NCBI GenBank assembly: GCA_021846685.1
Contig: JAJZWL010000001.1
Span: 71,484 to 135,483, forward strand
Direction: 5' to 3'
DNA: 64,000 bases
From: a bacterium
GTDB taxonomy: Bacteria > Patescibacteriota > Dojkabacteria > JAKAPS01 > JAJZLI01
Shown here piece after piece: positions 41,583 through 49,916 of the stretch. Position 1 is the first letter of the stretch; each line of letters opens with the position of its first letter. The notes under the pieces were generated by a model that was not told where the DNA came from, did not search any database, and was given only the letters and a program-made list of their open reading frames with translations. A program made the position numbers and the translations under genes.

Positions 41583-42573
41583 AAAACTAAAACAAATAGT
41601 AAAGATGAAAAGTATAAAAAATCCGGAACTTCTAAGGGTTATTTTGAAGATGGAGCTTATTGAATATGTTTTACAGTATATTTATACGTCAAAATACCGT
41701 AATTTAATATTTAAAGGGGGAACATGTTTAAATATCTGTTATGATTTACCTAGACTTTCAGAAGATATAGATTTGGATTTTGTTAACGAGATAGATATAA
41801 GCTCATTAAGAGAAGATTTGATATCATATTTTAAAACTGAACTTGCATATGATAGGCTTTACGCCTCAGTAACAAATAATAATCAAACTATAACTTTAAA
41901 ATTTCCTGTTCTTAGGGATTTAGGTTTAGCAAATCAAAGCGAAAGTGATTTGTTATATATAAAACTTGATATACAAAAATCTCCATTCTTTAATATTACT
42001 ACTGACTTAGTTCCGAGAAAAAACTATGTAATTAAAGCTTATTCTCTTCCTCTGTTATTTACTGGGAAAGTAAATGCCATTTTTACTAGAAATAAGTTAG
42101 TTGGAAAAGAAAATAAATTTGTACCAAAAGGAAGAGATTATTTTGATTTACTTTGGTTTCTACAAAAAGGAATAAGACCAGATATTTCAATGCTTGAACA
42201 GGAACTGAATATATCTTCAAATATTGAATTTAAAGTTCGTTTAGATCAAAGAGTAATCGGTATGTTTACTAAATATAAGGATGAAATAATAAACGACCTA
42301 AAGCCATTTATTGAAAACACCGACATTCTTAATCAATTTGTAGAATCATTTTTACCATTATATTTAAAATATTCATTAGAGATTTTTGATTATAGAGTTC
42401 CTGATGAAGTATCAAGGCGAAATTATTTAATTGATGAGCTTAATTCTATTATAAAAGGGAAAAAGCTACAGGGCAAAGAAATTATGAAGGTTCTTAATGA
42501 TATGGATACTTATAAGAAAGGTTCTAACAATCTAGATATTCTAGGAATATACAATTATTTAATATCTTTATAG
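41572..42573 (+). CDS. abiEii: AbiEii nucleotidyltransferase toxin
   Basis: FKGGTCL...RLSEDIDLD, GK..A...R, KGRDYFDL.W. Confidence 0.92.
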   Translation: MFIEKLKQIVKMKSIKNPELLRVILKMELIEYVLQYIYTSKYRNLIFKGGTCLNICYDLPRLSEDIDLDFVNEIDISSLREDLISYFKTELAYDRLYASVTNNNQTITLKFPVLRDLGLANQSESDLLYIKLDIQKSPFFNITTDLVPRKNYVIKAYSLPLLFTGKVNAIFTRNKLVGKENKFVPKGRDYFDLLWFLQKGIRPDISMLEQELNISSNIEFKVRLDQRVIGMFTKYKDEIINDLKPFIENTDILNQFVESFLPLYLKYSLEIFDYRVPDEVSRRNYLIDELNSIIKGKKLQGKEIMKVLNDMDTYKKGSNNLDILGIYNYLISL

Positions 42574-42656
42574 CTCCAGTAATAACTAATACTATTATTG
42601 GAATTTTATGGGTAATTATATTTAATAGATCTTTACTTGCATTATACATATATATT

Positions 42657-42806
42657 TCAGTAATTATTATTTGTCTGATCTTTTATATAATAAAGAATAT
42701 GAGTTTTACCAACTTGCCTTGCGCCATGCAAGACTATTATATTACTGTCATTGATATAACGCATTATATCCTCCACAATGTCTCTTTCTATTACCTTTGT
42801 ATTCAT
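42657..42806 (-). pseudogene. N-terminal fragment of an AAA_14/DUF4143-type ATPase
   Basis: I.R...I..........VLHGARQVGKT followed by an early stop. Confidence 0.75.
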
Positions 42807-42907
42807 AGTCACGACAATATTGTAATACTCTAAAATTAGAGTCAATCTTGTTTTTAGAGTATTTTCTTAAGAGATTATTTATTATAGATTTTCATAAATT
42901 TTGCAAT

Positions 42908-42950
42908 CCAACACAAAAATAGTTCAAAATAAGGCATATCACCTCAGATT
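42908..42950 (+). repeat. Cassette junction J5
   Basis: ccaacacaaaaataGTTCAAAataaggcatatcacctCAGAtt, same family as J2 and J3. Confidence 0.82.
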
Positions 42951-42989
42951 TAATATGATGTATTGAATTTTTATTATATAATTAAAGAT

Positions 42990-43955
42990 ATGGATTCAAT
43001 ATTATCTCCAATAAAAAAAGTTTTACCATTAATGACGAATGTTTTGATTGACGAAGAATCAATTTATAAATTTTCAATAAATATAGATAAATCATATCTT
43101 TTAAAATCTGAATATAATAAAGATACTTTGTTAGGCGAAAATTATGGAGAAGAAGAATATATAGCTTTTGTATTTGTATATAACAGTTTAAATTTTTCAT
43201 ACTGGGGATATCCTAAGTGGACTATAAATATACAAGGTAATAACTATGATGGAAGTGCAGCAATGATAAGAGCTATTAAGAGAGCAATCACAGAAGGACA
43301 TAATATATTAAATTCCAAATTCCTTATAAATTTAACAAAGAAACAATTAAGTGAAATATTTAGAGGAAATATAGAGATTCCCTTATTTAAAGAGAGATTA
43401 AAATTATTAAATATTCTTGGGGAATTGATAGAAAATAAATATCAAGGTTCATTTAAAAAATTTATTGATGAGGCAAAATGGGATGCAGAGTTGATAGTAG
43501 AAAAATTATCAAAAGAACTACCAGATATATTTAATGATACTAATATATATATAGGACAAAATATTAATTTTTATAAAAGAGCGCAATTAATACCAGCCCA
43601 TTTATATGATTTATATAATTTAAATATTATAAAATCTCCAATTTATAATATTGACAAATTAACAGCATTTGCTGATTATAAAGTTCCTCAATTAATGAGA
43701 AATTTAGGTATTATTAAATATTCATCTGATCTATCTTATAAAATTGATAATCTAATAGAGATACCAGCAGGGAGTAATGACGAGATAGAAATCAGAATAG
43801 CTACTATTTGGGCAATTGAATTGTGTACAAGGCAAATTAAAAAATATATTCCTCAAGTTACTTCAACACAAGTACATGGAGTTTTTTGGTTTTCAGGACA
43901 AAAATCTAATATTGAAATTAAGCCATATCATCGTACACGAACCATTTGGTATTAA
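42990..43955 (+). CDS. Queuosine salvage protein (DUF2419/Qng1 family nucleoside hydrolase)
   Basis: LNFSYW, F.D, FYKRAQL, LTAFADYKVPQ, E.EIR, PYHRTRT..Y. Confidence 0.88.
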   Translation: MDSILSPIKKVLPLMTNVLIDEESIYKFSINIDKSYLLKSEYNKDTLLGENYGEEEYIAFVFVYNSLNFSYWGYPKWTINIQGNNYDGSAAMIRAIKRAITEGHNILNSKFLINLTKKQLSEIFRGNIEIPLFKERLKLLNILGELIENKYQGSFKKFIDEAKWDAELIVEKLSKELPDIFNDTNIYIGQNINFYKRAQLIPAHLYDLYNLNIIKSPIYNIDKLTAFADYKVPQLMRNLGIIKYSSDLSYKIDNLIEIPAGSNDEIEIRIATIWAIELCTRQIKKYIPQVTSTQVHGVFWFSGQKSNIEIKPYHRTRTIWY

Positions 43956-43956
43956 T

Positions 43957-44023
43957 AAAAGTTCGATTCTCTCTCTCCGATGGATCCGACAACCCCATTG
44001 CAAATGTCTATCAAATGTTGATA
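43957..44023 (+). repeat. Cassette junction J6 (close copy of the tRNA-Ser(GCT) 3' end and its flank)
   Basis: aaaaGTTCGAttctctctctCCGAtggatccgacaaccccatt...aatgttgata. Confidence 0.88.
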
Positions 44024-44166
44024 CGTCGGGATGATTTATCAGTTATATTAATTGATAATAATTTTGGATTACAAAAATAATGAGATTAAAATGTTCCGGT
44101 ACTAATAGGTACTTGACAGTACTTCTGAGTGTAGTATAATATAAATTATAGTTTAGAAACATTCAT

Positions 44167-44427
44167 ATGGCTACAACAATACAGGTAAAATTAACATTAC
44201 CAAAAAAGATAAAGGATTATTATGATTCAAAAGCAGCAGAATTTGATATGCAAACTTCTACTTTCATAAAATATCTACTTATCAAGAATATTGAAGATGA
44301 GAGTATTCCAACATATCAAGCTTCTAAATATACAGAAAAATATATTACTAATGGGTTGCAAGAATATAAAACTGGAAAACTTAAAAAATTTACTAGTCAT
44401 AAAGATTTTATTAAAACGGTATCTTAA
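44167..44427 (+). CDS. RHH antitoxin
   Basis: RHH-like N-terminus, directly upstream of a RelE-family toxin. Confidence 0.72.
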   Translation: MATTIQVKLTLPKKIKDYYDSKAAEFDMQTSTFIKYLLIKNIEDESIPTYQASKYTEKYITNGLQEYKTGKLKKFTSHKDFIKTVS

Positions 44428-44429
44428 GG

Positions 44430-44702
44430 TTGATAATAAACTATTCATCAAAATTTACTAATCAGTATAAAGAGCTTATAAAAACTAATAAGAAACTTAC
44501 TCTCAAGGTTGATAAGAAGATAGGCTTTTTTATAAATAATCCTTATCATCCGTCATTAAGAACGCATAAAGTAAGTACAACTAAGGCGGGAGTAGCATTT
44601 TCATTTTGGGTGGCAGGAGATCTACGTATAATATTTACATGGGTAGGAAAAAATGAAGTACTATTTTTGCTAATAGGAAATCATAAAGAAGTTTATAAGT
44701 AG
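44430..44702 (+). CDS. RelE/StbE-family toxin
   Basis: NPYHPSLRTHK, DLRIIF, IGNH.EVY. Confidence 0.88.
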   Translation: MIINYSSKFTNQYKELIKTNKKLTLKVDKKIGFFINNPYHPSLRTHKVSTTKAGVAFSFWVAGDLRIIFTWVGKNEVLFLLIGNHKEVYK

Positions 44703-44785
44703 AAGTAATTTTTAAATTAAATATAAAATTTTTTATCTTTGGAATTTTGTTTAATCCTACAATCTTATATTGGGGGATATATTTA

Positions 44786-45844
44786 TTATTTTGTAGTTAA
44801 TCTATAGAGATTTCCAATCCGTTTAGCTCTTTCTCCTACTGCATGAGTATCTCCTGGGAGTATAATTCTTCTCACTCTAGATTGCATTCCTTGAGGAATG
44901 CTATTGTTTAAATCTTTAGAGGAGCTGATTGTACTTTTTGATCCATTTATGAAAATAACCCTCATATCAGGCTGACTTTCTAATGCTGATTTCAACATAT
45001 AGGGAACTATACGTCTTGACATTCCTGCAGGATAAGCAGTAAACATGCCTTTTCTTCTCATTGGTTTTAATACTAAATCTTTTCCTAATTTTGCATATGT
45101 TTTTACAGGATTTTTCTTATTATCAACACCACTAGCTTCTCTTTGTTTTTTGTCATGAGGGTCTTTTTCGTAAAAACTTAAGTTAGGGGCATCTGAAGCA
45201 AAAGCTTTCATTATTCCAATACTTGCTTTGGTTTTTTTTAATTTTTTTCTTTCAGTAAAATCTTTTACTCCTGGAATCTCAAGAGCAAATAAAGTTTTGA
45301 CTGTAAATCCAAAATCATCAGCTTGTTCTGCTAAACTTAAAGCTATAAGAGCTCCTTGAGAATAACCAGCCAAATCAATTTCACAAGTATTCCCAAGTAG
45401 AGGCTCTAATGCTCTATACATTGATTTAGATAATTGTGAAAAGGGATTATCATTTTCTCTTAAAGATTTTGCTTGTGTTCTAGTCATATCAGAAGACTCT
45501 CCTACAGAATGACTCTCCACTATTATAATGGGCTTAGATTCTGCTGCCATTTCTTGAGCTAGGTATAATATTGGTTTGTGTTCTATTCCTATATTATATT
45601 GTAATGTGAGTATTGTAGGGGTATCTCCTTTTTTTAATGCTTCCTCATTTAAGATAGCTACTCTTAATGTTTGTCTTGTTTCTGGGTCTTCAATTTCAGT
45701 ATAAGTAATAGGGGATTCAGATATATTTTTTGGATCTTTGCCATCAATTAAAAAAGAAGGAGCGTTATTGTTAAATTCCCTCAAATTCTGAGACGCAGAA
45801 TTGCTCCCAGTAGTATTTCCTTCTATAAATGTCTCTATTCCCAT
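44786..45844 (-). CDS. Alpha/beta hydrolase (paralog of 29647-30693)
   Basis: REFNNNAP, GYSQGA, FINGS.S.I, LPGDTH shared with the paralog. Confidence 0.75.
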   Translation of the reverse strand: MGIETFIEGNTTGSNSASQNLREFNNNAPSFLIDGKDPKNISESPITYTEIEDPETRQTLRVAILNEEALKKGDTPTILTLQYNIGIEHKPILYLAQEMAAESKPIIIVESHSVGESSDMTRTQAKSLRENDNPFSQLSKSMYRALEPLLGNTCEIDLAGYSQGALIALSLAEQADDFGFTVKTLFALEIPGVKDFTERKKLKKTKASIGIMKAFASDAPNLSFYEKDPHDKKQREASGVDNKKNPVKTYAKLGKDLVLKPMRRKGMFTAYPAGMSRRIVPYMLKSALESQPDMRVIFINGSKSTISSSKDLNNSIPQGMQSRVRRIILPGDTHAVGERAKRIGNLYRLTTK

Positions 45845-46009
45845 AATATTTTTTAATATAAAAACAGATTATATTCTAACCTATAATTTTTGTCAATGAC
45901 AACATTCTCGTCATATATATATGCTTATGTACTGCAATATTATTTACATGTTTGACATTTTCTATGGGGTGTAATAATATATTTATATTAATTTTAGTTT
46001 TATATATTT

Positions 46010-46600
46010 ATGGGGACAGAGACAGATTTAAACTTACGTTTTAATGGTGATATTGTAGCTGTTGGAATAACTGATCAAGGTATAAGATATGAAAAATCTG
46101 AAACTCAGGAAGTTCTTCCTAATGATGGATATGAAGTAACTACCAGTACTAAGTATTCTGATGGACATAGAAGTAAGGAGAGGTATGTTCATAGAAATGA
46201 TGAGCAAGGAAATCCTATTGAAAATATTGTGTCTGTAGAAGATAGTAATACTCAAGATGTTGTAACATTTTTTAAATTTGAAAGAACTTCTTTTATAGAT
46301 AATACGCGTATTACAACTGAAGTGATAAGAGATGATGAAGGGAACTTAAAGGAATATACCTATAGAGGTTTTGTTTCTGGAAGCAGAGTTTTAACATCAC
46401 ATCACATAGAATATGGAGATGATAATAAAAGATTAAGAGAAGTAATAGTGAAATCAAATAATCGTACTATAAGTACATTTAATGATAATGGTGAATTATT
46501 AAGGAGGGAAATTGTAAGGGTAAAAGGAAATCAAGAAATAACTGCGATTTATGGAAGTGATGGTAAAATCATAGAACATAAGAAAACTTTTTTAAGATAA
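46010..46600 (+). CDS. Hypothetical beta-rich protein with YD/MORN-like repeats
   Basis: Repeated (R/Y/F)xDxG(N/E/K)L units. Confidence 0.55.
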   Translation: MGTETDLNLRFNGDIVAVGITDQGIRYEKSETQEVLPNDGYEVTTSTKYSDGHRSKERYVHRNDEQGNPIENIVSVEDSNTQDVVTFFKFERTSFIDNTRITTEVIRDDEGNLKEYTYRGFVSGSRVLTSHHIEYGDDNKRLREVIVKSNNRTISTFNDNGELLRREIVRVKGNQEITAIYGSDGKIIEHKKTFLR

Positions 46601-46692
46601 AGTTTGGTTAATTTAAATTTGCATGTATTATAATCTCTATTTGGATGATATAATCATTTTTATAAATAATTTCTATTTATATGAAACTGTAA

Positions 46693-46779
46693 GGAGAGGT
46701 GGCCGAGTGGTTGATGGTAACAGTCTTGAAAACTGTCGGGGGTGAAAGCTCCTCGTGGGTTCGAATCCCACCCTCTCCG
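46693..46779 (+). tRNA. tRNA-Ser(TGA)
   Basis: GGAGAGG acceptor, acagt-CTTGAAA-actgt anticodon arm, long variable arm, GGTTCGAATCC. Confidence 0.96.
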
Positions 46780-46884
46780 AAGTAGATATATCTTAACTTG
46801 AAATTTCCACACTATATTCTTATATAATCTATTTATAAACGTATATAATTATTATCTATAGTAAAAAATATTCTTTAATTGACA
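46777..46884 (+). repeat. About 108-bp cassette leader, copy 2
   Basis: ccgaagtagatatatcttaa...aaatttccacactatattcttatata...ttatctatagtaaaaaatattctttaattgaca matches the reverse complement of 28112-28220. Confidence 0.9.
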
Positions 46885-46932
46885 AAAACTAACTAAAATG
46901 GTATTGTTTAGTATATACTTATCAATAATAAT

Positions 46933-47214
46933 ATGAGTGATACAAATTTAATACAAATAAAAGTAAATAAAGAATTTAGAGCAAAACTTGAAGATATTGC
47001 CTCTGAGTATGATTTACCTGTATCTTCTTTTATAAAGGTAGTAATAGGTGATTTTATAAGAAATAAAAGAACTAATATATTAACAGAGAATGGCTTCTCT
47101 AAAAAAGAAGAACAAAGAATATTGGATAGTATTAATATAACCAATAAAGATATAAAAAATAAAAAAGTAAATATAATCAATACTAAAGATTTCATATCTT
47201 CCTTGAATGATTAA
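46933..47214 (+). CDS. RelB-like antitoxin
   Basis: RHH-like N-terminus; overlaps the toxin start. Confidence 0.75.
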   Translation: MSDTNLIQIKVNKEFRAKLEDIASEYDLPVSSFIKVVIGDFIRNKRTNILTENGFSKKEEQRILDSINITNKDIKNKKVNIINTKDFISSLND

Positions 47215-47482
47215 AAGAGTGATCTATTCTAATAATTTCAAAAAATCCTATAGGAAAGTTATTCTGAAGAATAGAAAATTTAAAGACTCATTTGATAAGA
47301 AGTGGAATATATTTATTAATAATCCAGAATATCCAAGTTTAAAAAATCATGATTTAAAGGGAAATTTAAAAGGGTTAAAATCAATTTCTATAAAATATAA
47401 CATGAGATTAATATATAAAGAAGTATCTAAAGATATAATTATTGTATATGATATAGGGACACATGATGAAGTTTATAAATAA
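47207..47482 (+). CDS. RelE/YafQ-family toxin
   Basis: PSLKNHDLKG.L.G..SISI...MRLIY, DIGTHDEVY. Confidence 0.9.
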   Translation: MIKRVIYSNNFKKSYRKVILKNRKFKDSFDKKWNIFINNPEYPSLKNHDLKGNLKGLKSISIKYNMRLIYKEVSKDIIIVYDIGTHDEVYK

Positions 47483-47503
47483 ATTCTAAATTATATTTAT
47501 AAT

Positions 47504-47537
47504 AAAAGTTTGAATAGCGTCTACGGTCTCCCGAAGT
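47504..47537 (+). repeat. Cassette junction J7
   Basis: aaaaGTTTGAAtagcgtctacggtctcCCGAagt, same family as J1 and J4. Confidence 0.87.
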
Positions 47538-47544
47538 CACGCCA

Positions 47545-47957
47545 CATCGCGTCTCATAGTAAGGAAGCACTCATAGATGGAGTATGGCTTATCAAATCAA
47601 ACAGAACATTCAAGTATACAAGAAACAAGCGGATATTGAACATGCATTTGATATCATAAAGAATGTTCTTGATATACGCCCTGTATACCATCATAACGAT
47701 GACAGGGTAAATGGACATGTATTCGTATGTGTATTAGCATATGCAGTTGCAAGAATTCTTGAGATTAAATCAAAAGATACAATACATAATATTATTGAAA
47801 GATACAGAAACTCTATTATCCTATCAATCAACAACAAACCACACATAGTTGGAGAACAAACATTGTTAAACCAACTAAAACAGACATAGTGGGGGCTAGA
47901 ATTTAAACAGAAATCACATTACAACAGCATTTATTCAATTTAACTGTCGAACCTGAG
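47545..47957 (+). mobile_element. IS1634-family transposase 3' remnant
   Basis: DGVWLIKSN, frameshift, then YK....IE.AF..IK..L.IRPVYH....RV.GHVF.C.LAY; probable terminus ctgtcgaacctgag. Confidence 0.8.
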
Positions 47958-47959
47958 TT

Positions 47960-48199
47960 AGAAGACTCCAATCATCAGAAGGCTTAGTGTTACCAAAAAG
48001 TATTGGAGGATCTCTTGTTCTCATAGGAATCCAATCAGCAGAGAAGATAGAATTAAGAAGAAATTATCCTAATATAAGGATTTTGTAGATAATCTGGAAG
48101 TTCAAATAATGTGCACAATCTCTTCGAATTTGAGTTTTAATATATTGAAAATTAGAACTTCTAAATCTTTAAATAGTACAAGTATAAAATCCTTATTTT
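47960..48199 (+). repeat. About 240-bp direct repeat, copy 1 (LRR-like gene tail plus 3' flank)
   Basis: Encodes SEGLVLPKSIGGSLVL...ELRRNYPNIRIL*; aligns with 49675-49916. Confidence 0.85.
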
Positions 48200-48362
48200 G
48201 TTGTTAAACTAACAAGATTATAATTAGTGGAAGGTTTGTTTTTATGATAACATAAAGGTGAATATGAGAGGTATATATTTATCACAAGGCATTTTTTAGC
48301 TCCCTCGAAGATCTCAGGGAATTAAGTATACACCTTATTATTATAGTGATATAATTTAGAAA

Positions 48363-48755
48363 ATGGATTCAGATAACAAGGCAGTAGAGACAAAAAATAA
48401 CAAGAAGACCCGACCTACACTTGTTGGGGTAATAGCTATATTTGTAATACTTTCTGGTATTATGAGTTTGGCATTTTCATTAATATTCTTAGTATCTGGA
48501 ATTTTAACTTCTATTTTAATTGGTGTTGTATTTTTCATTATTGGCGTATTAAATATAATTACTTCTATTGGATTATTTAAAATGACTAAATGGGGATTAT
48601 ATTTATTTATAATTTTAGGTGTTATAGCAATAATTTATTTAATATTTACTAATTTTTATCCTAATATATCTTTAAATTCTACTTCTGATATTTCAATATT
48701 AATATATTTAGCTATATTTTTCTATTTTTCACGAATTATCAAAAGGTTTGAATAG
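48363..48755 (+). CDS. Small multi-pass membrane protein
   Basis: RP..V..IAI, four TM helices, GLFKM.KWG. Confidence 0.7.
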   Translation: MDSDNKAVETKNNKKTRPTLVGVIAIFVILSGIMSLAFSLIFLVSGILTSILIGVVFFIIGVLNIITSIGLFKMTKWGLYLFIILGVIAIIYLIFTNFYPNISLNSTSDISILIYLAIFFYFSRIIKRFE

Positions 48756-48793
48756 TATTAATAATCTATGATAATACTTGTTAGGAGAAGCTA

Positions 48794-49591
48794 ATGGAAG
48801 ATAAAATTAATAAAAATACCACGATAGAAGAGGATATATTAAATAATGTTGAAATTACGAAAAAAGATACTTCTAGGAAAATTTTGATTTATCCATTTGA
48901 TACCAATTTAAATCCCATAATAATAACTGAAGGTTGGTTTTATTCTGAAGAAGAAAACTCAATCCATGGAACAACAGATCATGAAGGAATTGATTTTGCA
49001 CTACCCATAGGGACTCCAATTAAAGCAGCCTTTGATGGGTATGCTGTCTCCACTTATGGATTTAGTTGGGTGACAGACATTAATCCTGATACTCAAAAAG
49101 AAGAATTCCGATTATTTTATGGTGATAAAATAAGCATGGATATAGGTTTATTTGTACAAATATATAATCCTAAGACGACATTATTTACCCAGTATGGACA
49201 TTTATCTAAAATTAACGAACAAATACCTTTCACAAAACCTTTATTTGAGGAGGAAACTGAAACATATTTTCCTGCAGGAAATAGAATTGACCCTAAAAAA
49301 TATTCTTTATCAAGAAATGCTGTATATGTTAAAAAGGGAACTGTTATTGGATATTCTGGAATTAGTGGTATTACAAAAGGTTTTATAGATTATCCCGAAT
49401 GTATGAATACAGTGAGAAGAGATCCTATATGGGATGAACCTCATTTACATTTTCAATTATTTAAAAGGAGCCCTAATCAAAAATATGCCAAACTTATAGA
49501 TCCATATGGAATATATTCAACATGCGATTTATATAAAGAGTCTACGGAAAAAGACTTTGACAGGAAACATATATCTTTATGGAGATCTTAA
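48794..49591 (+). CDS. M23 family metallopeptidase
   Basis: HEGIDF...GTPIKAA.DG, YGHL, IGYSG.SG, PHLHF. Confidence 0.9.
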   Translation: MEDKINKNTTIEEDILNNVEITKKDTSRKILIYPFDTNLNPIIITEGWFYSEEENSIHGTTDHEGIDFALPIGTPIKAAFDGYAVSTYGFSWVTDINPDTQKEEFRLFYGDKISMDIGLFVQIYNPKTTLFTQYGHLSKINEQIPFTKPLFEEETETYFPAGNRIDPKKYSLSRNAVYVKKGTVIGYSGISGITKGFIDYPECMNTVRRDPIWDEPHLHFQLFKRSPNQKYAKLIDPYGIYSTCDLYKESTEKDFDRKHISLWRS

Positions 49592-49674
49592 TTTTAGGCA
49601 TGTTAATCTCAGTGATCTAAAATCAGTAGTAACAAAATTTTGGGAGAGAGTTGGTGGAACTCTTGATCTTAGTA

Positions 49675-49916
49675 GTCTAGAGTCAGAAGAAGGGTTAGTG
49701 TTGCCAGAAAGTATTGGAAGAGCTCTTGTTCTCAGAGGACTAAAATCAGAAGAAGAGAGAGAATTAAAAAGAAATTATCTTAATATAAGGATTTTTAGAT
49801 AATAGATAATATAGAAGTTTGAATAATGTACACAATCTCTTAAAATTTGAGCTTTAACATGTTGAAAGTCAAAACTACTAAATCGTTAAATAGTACAAGT
49901 ATAAAATGTTTATTTT
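49675..49916 (+). repeat. About 240-bp direct repeat, copy 2 (LRR-like gene remnant)
   Basis: Encodes LESEEGLVLPESIGRALVL...ELKRNYLNIRIF. Confidence 0.85.

Noticed and set aside
43957-43980. Additional tRNA gene at J6
   Set aside because: Only the T-loop and 3' acceptor strand are present; the upstream sequence is protein-coding.
28214-47537. Junctions as classical integron attC sites
   Set aside because: The core is GTTYRAA rather than GTTRRRY, there is no long RYYYAAC...GTTRRRY hairpin, and no intI gene is present; they resemble tRNA 3' ends.
28214-47537. Junctions as CRISPR repeats
   Set aside because: Spacing is 0.7-2.6 kb with genes in between, the copies are degenerate, and no cas genes are present.
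49506-49802. 98-aa ORF as an intact gene
   Set aside because: It overlaps the M23 gene, and only the LRR-like tail is credible; treated as a remnant.
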